The position numbers were made by a program, and so were the translations under genes. The notes beneath the pieces are model-generated. The model was given only the letters and a program-made list of their open reading frames with translations, searched no databases and had not been told where the DNA came from. Positions 50,833-60,984 of a DNA stretch of 64,000 nucleotides are shown piece by piece; within the stretch, counting starts at the first letter, position 1; each line of letters starts with the position of its first letter. The stretch is from an uncultured Gemmatimonadales bacterium (GTDB taxonomy: Bacteria > Gemmatimonadota > Gemmatimonadetes > Longimicrobiales > RSA9): assembly GCA_963798845.1 (NCBI GenBank), contig CAWCUS010000004.1, forward strand, positions 96,001-160,000. Reading direction: 5' to 3'.

Positions 50833-51927
50833 TCAGCCGGACGTGAGCGCCACGAACGGCTTCGGCGCCGTGAGCCCGTGCTCGGCCGCGAGCTGACCGC
50901 ACGCCGCCGCGATGTCCTGACCGCGCGAAGCCCGGATCGTGGCGTTGACCCCGCGGGTCTCGAGCCGGTCGGCGAACGCGCGCAGCCGCTGCGCCGGCGA
51001 CGCGCTCCACCCGGTGCCCGGGACCGGGTTGAACGGGATCAGGTTGACGTGGGCGTGGAACTCCCGGGCGATGGACGCCAGCGGGTCGGCGAGCTCCGGG
51101 TCGTCGTTGACGCCGTCGATCATGACGTACTCGAACGTGATCCGGCGGCCACCCGCGCTCTCGAAGCGGCGCAGCGCCTCCAGCAGCTCGGGGATCGGGT
51201 ACTTCTTCTCCACCGGCACGAGCTTCTGCCGCAGCTCGTGGGTGGGGGCGTGCAGGCTCACGGCCAGCTTGAACTGCTCCGGCCTCGCCGCCAGCGCATC
51301 GATCCCCGGCACGATCCCCACTGTGGAAACCGTGATCCGCCGCGCGCCCACGTCGTACGCCTCGTTCAGGAGCGTCAGGGCGTCGAGCACGGCGCTCGTG
51401 TTCATGAGCGGCTCGCCCATGCCCATGAACACGATGTTCGTGATCGCGCCCCGGCCGTTGTCCGCCGCCCACCGCCTCGCGCCGCGGTACTGTGCGACGA
51501 TCTCGCCCGTGGTCATGTTGCGCCGATAGCCGGACCACCCGGTCGCGCAGAAGGTGCACGCCATGGCACACCCCGCCTGGCTGGAAAGGCACAGGGTGAG
51601 GCGATCGGGCGCCGGGATCAGGACGCTCTCCACGAGCTCCCCATCGTCGAGCCGCCAGAGGTGCTTCGTGGTGCCGTCACGCGCGACCCGGGTGCGGACG
51701 AGAGCGGGGGCGGAAAGCGCGAACGCCTCCGCGAGCGCGGCCCGTTCCTCGGTGGTCAGCTCGGTCATCTCGTCGAACGAGAGCGCCACCTTGTCATAGA
51801 GCCAGGAGACCGCCTGCCGTGCGCGGTAGGGGCGAACTCCCCGGCGCTCGAAGTGGGCCTGGAGGGCGGCGAGGGCATGGTCGGGGACCAGGCCGATGAG
51901 GTCGGGACGTTCGGTTGTCGCAGTCAT
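50833..51927 (-). CDS. rlmN: 23S rRNA (A2503) C2-methyltransferase RlmN
   Basis: CAMACTFC, FMGMGEP, SLHAP, FEYV, NLIPFN, DIAAACGQL. Confidence 0.96.
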   Translation of the reverse strand: MTATTERPDLIGLVPDHALAALQAHFERRGVRPYRARQAVSWLYDKVALSFDEMTELTTEERAALAEAFALSAPALVRTRVARDGTTKHLWRLDDGELVESVLIPAPDRLTLCLSSQAGCAMACTFCATGWSGYRRNMTTGEIVAQYRGARRWAADNGRGAITNIVFMGMGEPLMNTSAVLDALTLLNEAYDVGARRITVSTVGIVPGIDALAARPEQFKLAVSLHAPTHELRQKLVPVEKKYPIPELLEALRRFESAGGRRITFEYVMIDGVNDDPELADPLASIAREFHAHVNLIPFNPVPGTGWSASPAQRLRAFADRLETRGVNATIRASRGQDIAAACGQLAAEHGLTAPKPFVALTSG

Positions 51928-51974
51928 GGGGCCCGGTTAACTTAGGCGGATTCATTGGTCCGTTGTAGCCCCAG

Positions 51975-52445
51975 GTGCAAACGGTGGTCCGTCTAACCGA
52001 CCTGCTGACGTCCGCACGTGTGAAAGTGCCGCTCGAGGCCAAGACGAAGGACGCGCTCCTCGCCGAGCTCGTGGACGTGCTGGTCCAGGACCAGTGCGTC
52101 GGCGATGGAGGCGAGGTGCTGCGCGTCGTGCGCGAACGGGAAGCGGTGCTGTCGACCGGGATCGGCAACGGGATCGCGATCCCGCACGGCCGCTCGGGCG
52201 CGTGCCACAGCCTGTCCCTGGCCGCCGGCGTGACGCGGGACCCGGTGGCATACGATGCGCTCGACGGGGCGCCGGTGCGGCTGGTGTTCCTGCTCGTGGG
52301 TCCGGAGGACGAGGCGGGACCGCACATCAAGGCGCTGAGCCGCATCTCCCGGCTGGTTCGCCAGCCGCAGCTGCGCGCGAGCCTGGTCGCGGCGACCAAC
52401 GAGCAGCAGTTCCTCCAGGCGCTGAGGGAGGCCGAGGCCGCGTGA
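51975..52445 (+). CDS. PTS IIA (Fru/Ntr-type) domain protein
   Basis: REAVLSTGIGNGIAIPH, DALDGAPV, HIKALSRI. Confidence 0.9.
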   Translation: MQTVVRLTDLLTSARVKVPLEAKTKDALLAELVDVLVQDQCVGDGGEVLRVVREREAVLSTGIGNGIAIPHGRSGACHSLSLAAGVTRDPVAYDALDGAPVRLVFLLVGPEDEAGPHIKALSRISRLVRQPQLRASLVAATNEQQFLQALREAEAA

Positions 52446-52798
52446 CGCGGACCGTCGCGGCCTTCCTGCCGCTGGCCCTCTGGGCCGCGGCGGTGCTCTT
52501 CATAGGCGGGCTGGAGATCCATACGGCGTCGCTTCCGTCCGGCTCGGACAAGGCGGCGCATTTTCTCATGTACGGCGTCGGCGGGGCGCTCGCCGCGTGG
52601 GCGGCGCGAGGGCGGGGGCGCGGCGTGGCCGCGGCCTGCTTCCTGGCGGTGGTGCTCACGGGAGCGCTGGACGAGCTGCACCAGCGCGCGGTCCCGTTTC
52701 GCCAATCCGACGTACGGGACTGGGCGGCCGACGTGGCGGGGGCGGGGGTGTTCCTGCTGGCCACCGCGAGGCTGCTGGGAAGGGGACGAAGGGGATGA
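52442..52798 (+). CDS. VanZ family membrane protein
   Basis: DKAAHFLMY, DELHQRAVPFR, DWAAD. Confidence 0.88.
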   Translation: MTRTVAAFLPLALWAAAVLFIGGLEIHTASLPSGSDKAAHFLMYGVGGALAAWAARGRGRGVAAACFLAVVLTGALDELHQRAVPFRQSDVRDWAADVAGAGVFLLATARLLGRGRRG

Positions 52799-54696
52799 GC
52801 CAGGAACTGCCGACCGCTTTCCGCACCACCACCGCGGGCTCGCTGCGCGCAGACGACGCCGGGGAGCGCGTCCGCCTCGCGGGCTGGGTCCACCGGCGGC
52901 GCGACCTCGGCGGCGTCTTCTTCATGGACCTGCGTGACCGCACGGGGCTGGTGCAGCTTTCGCTCGGCCCCGACTGGACGGATCCGACGTCGCTGGAGGG
53001 GGCCCCCGCCATCGGCGCGGAGAGCGTGGTTGCGGTCGAGGGGGAGGTGGTCCGGCGGCCCGAGGGGCAGGCCAACGAGGACCTGGCCACGGGCGAGGTC
53101 GAGATCCACGTGGAGCGGCTCCGCGTCCTGGCCGCCGCCGACACGCCGCCCATCCCCGTCTACCAGGTTCCGGGCGAGGAGCCGCCCGCCGAGGACCTGC
53201 GGCTCCGCTACCGTTATCTGGACCTGCGACGCGGGGCGCTCCAGCGTGCGTTCGCGATCCGGCACCAGGCGCTCCAGGCCGTTCGCCGCCACCTCACGGC
53301 GGAGGGGTTCTGGGAGGTCGACACGCCAATGCTGACGCGTCGGACGCCCGAGGGCGCCCGGGACTACCTGGTCCCGAGTCGTTTGCACGCGGGGGAGTTC
53401 TACGCGCTGCCGCAGAGCCCGCAGATCTACAAGCAGCTGCTCATGGTGAGCGGCTTCGATCGATATTTCCAGATCGCCAAGTGCCTGCGCGACGAGGACC
53501 TCCGTGCGGACCGGCAGCCCGAATTCACGCAGATCGACGCCGAGATGTCGTTCGTGGACGAGGAGGACGTGTTCGCCGCCGCCGAGCGCATGCTGGCGGG
53601 GCTCTGGCGCGACGTGCTGGGCGTCGAGCTCGAGATGCCGTTCCCGCGGCTGCCGTACACCGACGCGATGGAGCGCTACGGCACGGACAAGCCGGACCTG
53701 CGCTTCGGCATGGAGTTCGTCGACGTCACCGAGATCCTCCGCCGGACGGAGTTCCGCCTGTTCGCCGGCACGAAAGAGAGCGGGGACCGGATCAAGGGCG
53801 TGGTGGCGAAGGGGGCGGCGGACGCCCTCAGTCGCAAGGACCTGGACTCGCTCAATCCGGTGGCCCAGGCCGCCGGCGCGCCCGGCTGTCTCTGGGTCAA
53901 GCGGGGCGCCGACGGGTGGTCGGGCCAGTTCGCCAGGTTCCTCGACGAGGACGTCGGGGCGGCGCTGGAAGTGGCCGCGGGGATCGAGCCCGGGGACGTG
54001 TTCGTCGCCATGATCGGCAAGTTCTGGGCACGGCCGCGGGTGGCCGGGAGCCACGGCGGCGCGTCGCAGGAAACGGTGGTGCGCGGGGCGGAAGCCGCCC
54101 TCGACGCCCTGCGTCGCCACCTGGCGGACGTGCTCGGGCTGCGGGCTCCCGGAGCGCACGCATGGGCGTGGGTAACCGAGTTCCCCATGTTCGAGTGGGA
54201 CGTCGAGGCCGATCGCCTGGTGGCGGCGCACCATCCGTTCACCATGCCTCACCCGGACGATGTCCGGGCGCTCCAAGATGCCACCGCCGACGGCCCCGTC
54301 GACGCGGAACGCGGTCGCAAACTGTTCGACGCCGGCCTGCGCTCGAGGGCGTACGATGCGGTGTACAACGGGAGCGAGCTGGCCAGCGGGAGCATCCGGA
54401 TCCACGACGCCGACCTGCAGACTGCGGTCTTCCGGGCGCTGGGCATGGACCAGGAGGAGGCGGACGCCAAGTTCGGCTTCCTGCTGGAAGCGTTCCGTTA
54501 CGGCGTGCCGCCGCACGGCGGCTTCGCGTTCGGATTCGACCGGCTGGTCATGCTGATGGCCGGGCTGCCGAGCCTGCGCGACGTCATCGCCTTCCCGAAG
54601 ACGACCACGGCGCGGGCGCTGTTCGAGGGCGCGCCGGCCCCCGTGGCGGAGCCGGAGCTGCGCGAGCTGCACATCCAGGTGGCGCGCGAGCGGTGA
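52795..54696 (+). CDS. aspS: Aspartate--tRNA ligase
   Basis: [55 protein letters not shown]. Confidence 0.97.
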   Translation: MSQELPTAFRTTTAGSLRADDAGERVRLAGWVHRRRDLGGVFFMDLRDRTGLVQLSLGPDWTDPTSLEGAPAIGAESVVAVEGEVVRRPEGQANEDLATGEVEIHVERLRVLAAADTPPIPVYQVPGEEPPAEDLRLRYRYLDLRRGALQRAFAIRHQALQAVRRHLTAEGFWEVDTPMLTRRTPEGARDYLVPSRLHAGEFYALPQSPQIYKQLLMVSGFDRYFQIAKCLRDEDLRADRQPEFTQIDAEMSFVDEEDVFAAAERMLAGLWRDVLGVELEMPFPRLPYTDAMERYGTDKPDLRFGMEFVDVTEILRRTEFRLFAGTKESGDRIKGVVAKGAADALSRKDLDSLNPVAQAAGAPGCLWVKRGADGWSGQFARFLDEDVGAALEVAAGIEPGDVFVAMIGKFWARPRVAGSHGGASQETVVRGAEAALDALRRHLADVLGLRAPGAHAWAWVTEFPMFEWDVEADRLVAAHHPFTMPHPDDVRALQDATADGPVDAERGRKLFDAGLRSRAYDAVYNGSELASGSIRIHDADLQTAVFRALGMDQEEADAKFGFLLEAFRYGVPPHGGFAFGFDRLVMLMAGLPSLRDVIAFPKTTTARALFEGAPAPVAEPELRELHIQVARER

Positions 54697-54769
54697 GGAG
54701 GGCGGCTGCGACCGTCCCTTTCCCTCGCGGCCCGGAGTCCCGACCTTTCGAGGCATGAACGGGAGCGGA

Positions 54770-55861
54770 ATGACGGACGAACCGACTGTGATCCAGCACA
54801 GGCTGCCTTCCGAAGGCGCTGACTACCTCCTCCTGGCCGGCGTCAACGACGCGCACCTCCAGGAGCTGGCCCGGCTCACCGGCTGCCGCGTGATCCTGCG
54901 CGGGGACTACCTCATCCTCTCGGGAGAGCTGGACGACGTCGAGCGTGCCATTCCCGTGGCCCAGCAGCTCATCGACCTCGCCAAGCTCCAGACCCCGTTC
55001 AACGTGGACGACGTTCGTCGGCTCGTGGAGAACGCCTACGCCCGCGCAGGGGAGGGTGTGGAAGGTGACACGGTCGCGAAGGGGCCACCGGCCCCGGGTT
55101 CCGAGTCGGATCTCGCGGTGACCCCGAACGGCGCGCCGCGCCGCGAGGATCTCCGCATCCTCCTGCCCGGCCTCCGGAAAGTGATCCAGCCGCGCAGCGA
55201 GGGGCAGACCGGGTACCTGGAGGCCATCGCGAAGAACGACATCGTGATCGCCATCGGCCCTGCGGGCACGGGCAAGACCTACCTGGCCGTAGCGATGGCG
55301 GTGGACGCGCTCCTGAAGAACCGGGTGAAGCGGATCATTCTGGCCCGGCCCGCCGTGGAGGCGGGAGAGAGCCTCGGCTTCCTCCCGGGCGACCTGCAGG
55401 AGAAGGTGGATCCGTTCCTCCGGCCGCTCTACGACGCGCTGGAGGACATGCTCCCGCACGACCGGGTCCGGCGCTACCTCGAGATGCGCACGATCGAGAT
55501 CGCACCGCTCGCGTATATGCGGGGCCGAACGCTGGCGGACGCATTCGTGATCCTGGACGAGGCGCAGAACGCCACCACGGCGCAGATGAAGATGTTCCTC
55601 ACTCGCCTCGGCCTGAACAGCCACACGGTGATCACGGGCGACAAGACGCAGATCGATCTCGTGCGCCGGAGCGACTCCGGGCTGCTCGAGGTGGAGGCGA
55701 TCCTGAAGGGCATCGAGGGTATCAGCTTCGTATACCTCAATGCGGCCGACGTGGTGCGTCACCGGCTGGTGAAGGACATCATCGAGGCCTACGCGGCCGC
55801 GGGCGGCGAGCACGGTGGTGGGGTGGACGGCGGGGCCGACGACCGCGCGAAGGAACGCTGA
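54770..55861 (+). CDS. phoH: PhoH family ATPase
   Basis: [37 protein letters not shown]. Alternative start at 54755. Confidence 0.93.
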   Translation: MTDEPTVIQHRLPSEGADYLLLAGVNDAHLQELARLTGCRVILRGDYLILSGELDDVERAIPVAQQLIDLAKLQTPFNVDDVRRLVENAYARAGEGVEGDTVAKGPPAPGSESDLAVTPNGAPRREDLRILLPGLRKVIQPRSEGQTGYLEAIAKNDIVIAIGPAGTGKTYLAVAMAVDALLKNRVKRIILARPAVEAGESLGFLPGDLQEKVDPFLRPLYDALEDMLPHDRVRRYLEMRTIEIAPLAYMRGRTLADAFVILDEAQNATTAQMKMFLTRLGLNSHTVITGDKTQIDLVRRSDSGLLEVEAILKGIEGISFVYLNAADVVRHRLVKDIIEAYAAAGGEHGGGVDGGADDRAKER

Positions 55862-55886
55862 GGCACTCTTCCCGGAGGCGAAGCTG

Positions 55887-58430
55887 ATGACCTGGCGCGA
55901 GTTCATCCGGGTGTTGAACCGGCCCCCGGAGCGTGCGTGGCCGGAGGGCGTGCTCCACCACGGAGCGCGCGCTCTCCTCCTGGTCATCCTGGCCGTGGGG
56001 ACCGTGTTCCTGTTCCCGATCGCGCCTCTCCCCGATTTCCCGGTGGTGGAGAAGGGGATGGTGCCCGATCAGGACGTCGTCGCCGAGATCCCCTTCCCGG
56101 TCTATCGCAGCGAGCAGGAGCTGGAGCGGGCCCGGCAGGACGCGGCGGCGAGCATCAATCCGATCTTCGTTTTCGACTCCACGGCCGTGGATTCGATGCT
56201 GAGCGGCGTGAACCGGTTCTTCGCCCGTGTCGACAGCGTGGCTTCTTCCGATCAGGCGACCGCCACGAAGCGCCGCAGGATGCGGGATCTGCTCGCGGCC
56301 TACGCGCTCCAGCCGCTCTCGGAAGGGTCGAACGGGGACGTGGATCTCCTGATGGACCCGACGGAGCGGCGGCTGCTCCAGCGCACCGTCCGCACCGCGA
56401 TCCTGGACGAGCTCCCCCGCGGAATCGCGACCGCGGCGGAGCTGGAGGAGGCGCAGTCTGACCAGATCCGGCTGATGGGCCATGGCCGCGATCGCGTCGT
56501 GCCGCGGGACTCCATTCGCACGAGCCGCGATTTCTACGACCGCTCCCTCTTCTACGTCCCCACGACGTCGCCGACCGGGTACGAACAGCTGCAGCGGCTG
56601 CTCCTGGTGCGCTTCCTCGTCCCGAGCATCCAACCGGACTGGGAGGCCACCCAGGCGGCGCGGGCGCGCAACCGCGCGGCCGTTCCACTCATCAAGACGG
56701 AAGTGCTGCAGGGGGAGCGGGTCGTGGCGGCGAGGGAGCGCGTCACCGACGAGCAGGTCGAGAAGCTGAAGGCCTACAAGGCCGAGCTGGAGCGGCGCGG
56801 TGAGCTGGGGGAGGACCAGCGCGTGCGCTTCGCGCGCACCACCGGCGTCCTCCTCTTCAGCCTCATCACCATCTCCCTGTTCGGCGCGCTGCTCATCTAC
56901 TACCGGCAGCGGGTGTACGCGAGCATGCGGCAGGTCTCGCTGCTCGCTTTCCTGATGGCCGCGGTCGTGGCCATCGCCGCCGTGCTCGCGTTTCAGGAAT
57001 GGCCGGTCACGCTCATCCCCATCGCGTTCCCGGCGCTGGTGGTGGCCACGCTCTGGGATGGGCGCCTCGCGCTCAACCTCTCGCTCATCACGGCCGTGCT
57101 GCTGAGCGGGCAGACGCCCTTCCTCGGCATCGTCCCGCTCTTCACCCTGGTCGCGGCCGGGGCCGTGGCGTCGCTCGCGGTGCGCGTCGTACGGCGGCGC
57201 TCCCAGACATGGGTCTTCATCGCCCTCATCGCCATCACCTACGCGCTGGTCGGAATCGTCCTCGGCCTGCTGCGCACCTGGTCGCTCGACGAATTCGGCC
57301 GCTTCGTCGGCTGGGGACTGGTGAACGCCATTGCCAGCGCGTTCGCCGCTCTCGGGTTCCTCCCGCTGTTCGAGAGCTTCACCGGGATCACGACCGACCA
57401 GACGCTCCTGGAGCTCGCCGACGCCAACCGGCCGCTCCTGCGACGCCTCTCCATGGAAGCCCCCGGGACCTACGCCCACTCCATCGCCGTGGCCAACCTC
57501 GCGGAAGCCGGCGCCGACGCCATCGACGCCCATGCGCTTCTGGTTCGGGTCGGCGTCTACTATCACGACGTGGGCAAGATCGCGCGGCCGCAGTTCTTCA
57601 TCGAGAACCAGCCGAGCGGGCGCAACCCGCACGACCGCCTTAAGCCGGCCCTTTCGGCTCAGGTGATTCGCAACCACGTCGTCGAGGGCGTCCGCCTCGC
57701 CGAGGATGAAGGGCTGCCGGCGTGCGTGAAGGCGTTCATCACCGAGCACCACGGGACGCAGAACATCAGCTTCTTCCTCGACCAGGCCCGGGAGGCGGAG
57801 CCCGACGCCGAGCTCGACCCGCGCGACTTCGCGTATCCGGGGCCCCGCCCGCAATCCCGCGAGACGGCCGTGGCCATGCTCGCCGACTCCGTCGAGTCCG
57901 CCGCCCGCGTTCTCCCCGACCCCACACCGGACAGCATCCGAAAGCTCGTGGAGCGGATCGTTCAGGCCAAGATCGATGCCGGCCAGCTCGATGAGACTCC
58001 GATCACCATTGCCGAGCTCAAGACCGTGAAGGAGCAGTTCGTCACAGTCCTCACGGGCATGTACCATCAGCGCATCGACTACCCGCCCCGTGGCCAGGGA
58101 CCCCAGAACGGGGAGAGCGGCGCCGGCAGCAAGGCGCCAGCGTCCCTGGCTCCCGGCGACCCGGCTCCAGGGAGCCAGGCTCCGCCCGCCCCGGCTCCGG
58201 ACGGCCAGCCTTCGGGGGAGCCGGCTCCAGCCGACTCCGGTCCGGACGGGCGCGCTCCTGACGGCCGCGCTCCGGACGGCCGCGCTCCGGACGGCCGCGC
58301 TCCGGACGGCCGCGCTCCGGACGGCGTGGCCCCGCACGATGCGGTCGCGGACGAGCGGGGCCCGGCCGGGGCGGCCCGAGCCGGGACGTCGGAGGACGGG
58401 GCCCCCGCGCCGGGGGCGCCGGCGCGCTGA
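55887..58430 (+). CDS. 7TM-HD phosphohydrolase (PgpH/YqfF-like)
   Basis: Extracellular domain, multiple TM segments, EAPGTYAHS, YHDVGK, FFIENQ, EHHGT, ADSVESAAR. Confidence 0.92.
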   Translation: MTWREFIRVLNRPPERAWPEGVLHHGARALLLVILAVGTVFLFPIAPLPDFPVVEKGMVPDQDVVAEIPFPVYRSEQELERARQDAAASINPIFVFDSTAVDSMLSGVNRFFARVDSVASSDQATATKRRRMRDLLAAYALQPLSEGSNGDVDLLMDPTERRLLQRTVRTAILDELPRGIATAAELEEAQSDQIRLMGHGRDRVVPRDSIRTSRDFYDRSLFYVPTTSPTGYEQLQRLLLVRFLVPSIQPDWEATQAARARNRAAVPLIKTEVLQGERVVAARERVTDEQVEKLKAYKAELERRGELGEDQRVRFARTTGVLLFSLITISLFGALLIYYRQRVYASMRQVSLLAFLMAAVVAIAAVLAFQEWPVTLIPIAFPALVVATLWDGRLALNLSLITAVLLSGQTPFLGIVPLFTLVAAGAVASLAVRVVRRRSQTWVFIALIAITYALVGIVLGLLRTWSLDEFGRFVGWGLVNAIASAFAALGFLPLFESFTGITTDQTLLELADANRPLLRRLSMEAPGTYAHSIAVANLAEAGADAIDAHALLVRVGVYYHDVGKIARPQFFIENQPSGRNPHDRLKPALSAQVIRNHVVEGVRLAEDEGLPACVKAFITEHHGTQNISFFLDQAREAEPDAELDPRDFAYPGPRPQSRETAVAMLADSVESAARVLPDPTPDSIRKLVERIVQAKIDAGQLDETPITIAELKTVKEQFVTVLTGMYHQRIDYPPRGQGPQNGESGAGSKAPASLAPGDPAPGSQAPPAPAPDGQPSGEPAPADSGPDGRAPDGRAPDGRAPDGRAPDGRAPDGVAPHDAVADERGPAGAARAGTSEDGAPAPGAPAR
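58241..58325 (+). repeat. 15-bp coding tandem repeat (PDGRA) x ~5.7
   Basis: TCCGGACGGCCGCGC units in the C-terminal tail of the HD protein. Confidence 0.95.
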
Positions 58431-58871
58431 TGCCGCCCACGGTGCTGGTGAACGCGGAAGCGCCGGCGCCGCCCGGAGGCGAGGCAGCCATCGGGCTGGT
58501 GGAGCGCGCGGTGCTCGCCACCCTTGCCGACGGGGGCGCGAACGAGGCGGAGATCTCGGTCACGCTCCTCGATGATGCGGGCGATGGCGGCGCTCAACCG
58601 GGAGTGGAAGGGGCGCGATGCTCCGACGGACGTCCTGGCGTTCGCGCTGCACGAGGACGGGGAGCCGCCGCTGGGCGACGTCTACGTGGGCGCGGAGCGT
58701 GCGGTGGCGCAGGCAGCCGATCTGGGCGACTCTGCCACGCGCGAGCTTGCGCGCCTGGCCATCCACGGCACCCTTCACGTACTGGGCTGGGATCACCCCG
58801 AGGACGATCGGGAAGCGAGCGAGATGTGGGAGCACCAGGAAGCGATCCTGGACGCGCTGGGAGTGGAATGA
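58430..58871 (+). CDS. ybeY: rRNA maturation RNase YbeY, frameshifted at ~58580
   Basis: ISVTLLDDA, an extra G in a GGG run, then AMAALNREWKGRDAPTDVLAF...LGDV...HGTLHVLGWDH. Confidence 0.88.
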
Positions 58872-59581
58872 GCGGAGTGGGGCGGCTGTTCCGGCGTCGC
58901 CTCATCGCGGGGCTCATCGTGCTCGCGCCGCTGGCGGTCACGGTCTACGTGCTGTGGTGGCTCTTCAATGCCGTCGATGGGATCCTCGGCAGCTCGCTCT
59001 ACGCGCTCATCGGCATCCGCATCCCGGGCCTCGGCCTCGTGCTGCTTCTCGCCCTCCTCATCGTCGTGGGGTGGCTCGCGGAACGGATGGTGGGGACGCA
59101 GGTCGTCCAGTGGTGGCACGCGACGCTCGATCGGATCCCCGTCGTCAGCCGCGTGTACGGCGCGACGCGCCGGATCGTGGGGAGCGTGTTCGGCGGTGAG
59201 GAGCGCCGCTTCTTCCGCGAGGTCGTGCTCTTCGAGTACCCGTCGCCCGGGCAATGGACGCTCGGCTTCATCACGGGTGCGGCGCCATCGGCGCTGGACG
59301 GTCGCCTGGAGAACGGCGTCACCGTGTTCCTGCCGACCGCCCCGAATCCGGTCACGGGCTTCCTCATCATCGTCCCTGAAGCCAGGATCGTGCGCCTGCC
59401 GGTGACCATCGAAGAGGGCTTCACCTACATCCTCTCCGCGGGCGCCGTCCCGCCCGGCAGCGCCGGCCCGGGCGCGGGCGCTTCACCCCGCCAGGCCCGG
59501 GCGGCAGTCGCCGCCGCGGAGGCCGCCGCCACGAGGCTCGAGGCGGCCTCCGGTGCGCCGGACCATCGGGAGGACGCGTGA
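58868..59581 (+). CDS. DUF502 membrane protein
   Basis: IAGLIVLAPLAVT, RIPVVSRVY, FEYPSPG, VFLPTAPNPVTGF. Confidence 0.9.
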   Translation: MSGVGRLFRRRLIAGLIVLAPLAVTVYVLWWLFNAVDGILGSSLYALIGIRIPGLGLVLLLALLIVVGWLAERMVGTQVVQWWHATLDRIPVVSRVYGATRRIVGSVFGGEERRFFREVVLFEYPSPGQWTLGFITGAAPSALDGRLENGVTVFLPTAPNPVTGFLIIVPEARIVRLPVTIEEGFTYILSAGAVPPGSAGPGAGASPRQARAAVAAAEAAATRLEAASGAPDHREDA

Positions 59582-60984
59582 GCTCGCCCGAGATGCAGCA
59601 GGTCGATGAGTTCCAGGAGCGCCTGACGCGGCTGGAAGCGCTCCTTGCCGGCGGCGATCCGGCCGCGCTGCAGGCGTTCCTCTCCGAGCTGCACCCCAGC
59701 GACATCGCGGACCTGGTCGAGTACTTCGACGAGGAGGAGGACCGGGTCCGGATCCTGGACACGCTCTCCGCCGAGCTGGCGTCCGAGACGCTCTCCGAGA
59801 TGGAGGCGCACCAGCACCCGGAGGAGATCCTCGCCGCTCTGGAGCCGGAGCGGATCGGGGAGCTGCTCGGCGAGCTGAGCGCGGATGACGCCGCGGACCT
59901 GGTCGGCGAGCTCCCGCCGAAGGAGCAGGCAAGGGTCCTGGCCACGCTGACGCCGGTGGACGCCGGCGAGCTGCGGGAGCTGCTGGCGTATCCGGAGGAT
60001 TCCGCCGGCGGCATCATGACCACGGAGCTGGTGGCCATCTCCGTGCACCTGACGGTGGGCGAGGCGATCGGCGAGGTGCGACGACAGGCGAGGGAGCTGG
60101 GCGGGGATTTCTACAGCATCTTCGTGGTCGACCTCCTCCGGCGGCTGCAGGGGCAGGTGAGCCTCCAGGACCTGATCGTGTCGGACCCGGACACGCGCAT
60201 CGGTGACCTGGTCGAGCCGCCCGTGGTCACCGTTCCGGCCGACCTGGACCAGGAGGAGGTTGGCCGGCTGATCGCGCGCTACAACGTCCCGTCCATCCCC
60301 GTGGTCGGCCCTGGAGACGTCCTGCTCGGCCGGATCACGTGGGACGACGTCATGGACGTGATCGAGGCGGAGCAGACGGAGGACATCCTTCGCCTGGCCG
60401 GGATCGGCTCGGAGGAGGAGGTCCAGGGCACCTGGTACGAGGCGGTGCGCAGCCGGCTCCCCTGGCTGGCGCTCAACGTGATCACCGCTTCCATCGGCGC
60501 AACGGTCGTGCTCACGTTCGACAGCACGATCCGGGCGATGGCGTTCCTGGCGGCGATCATGCCGGTGGTGGCGGGGCTGGGCGGGAACGCGGGCAGCCAG
60601 GCGCTGGCCGTCACGGTGCGGCGGCTGGCGCTGACGCGCGAGAGCGCGGTCCGGCGCTGGCGGGTGGCGGCGAAAGAGGCGCTCGTCGGCCTCACGAACG
60701 GCGCTGCACTGGGGCTGATCGTGGGCATGCTCGCGTACGTCCTCTTCCACGTGGTGGGGATCGGGCCGACCAACCCGCCGCCCAGCGCGGTGCTCGGACT
60801 CGTCGTCATGCTGGCCATGTGGGGCAACGTCATCGTCGCCTCCGTCGCCGGCTCGTTCGTGCCCGTGCTCCTGGAGCGGATCGGCTTCGATCCCGCCGTC
60901 GCCTCGTCCGTCTTCGTCACCGCCACCACCGACATCACCGGCTTTTTCCTGCTCCTCGGACTGGCGACCCACTTCCTGTTATGA
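59578..60984 (+). CDS. mgtE: Magnesium transporter MgtE
   Basis: LHPSDIAD, YPEDSAGGIMT, CBS pair, RLPWL, GGNAGSQ, DPAVASSVFVTATTD. Confidence 0.95.
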   Translation: MSSPEMQQVDEFQERLTRLEALLAGGDPAALQAFLSELHPSDIADLVEYFDEEEDRVRILDTLSAELASETLSEMEAHQHPEEILAALEPERIGELLGELSADDAADLVGELPPKEQARVLATLTPVDAGELRELLAYPEDSAGGIMTTELVAISVHLTVGEAIGEVRRQARELGGDFYSIFVVDLLRRLQGQVSLQDLIVSDPDTRIGDLVEPPVVTVPADLDQEEVGRLIARYNVPSIPVVGPGDVLLGRITWDDVMDVIEAEQTEDILRLAGIGSEEEVQGTWYEAVRSRLPWLALNVITASIGATVVLTFDSTIRAMAFLAAIMPVVAGLGGNAGSQALAVTVRRLALTRESAVRRWRVAAKEALVGLTNGAALGLIVGMLAYVLFHVVGIGPTNPPPSAVLGLVVMLAMWGNVIVASVAGSFVPVLLERIGFDPAVASSVFVTATTDITGFFLLLGLATHFLL

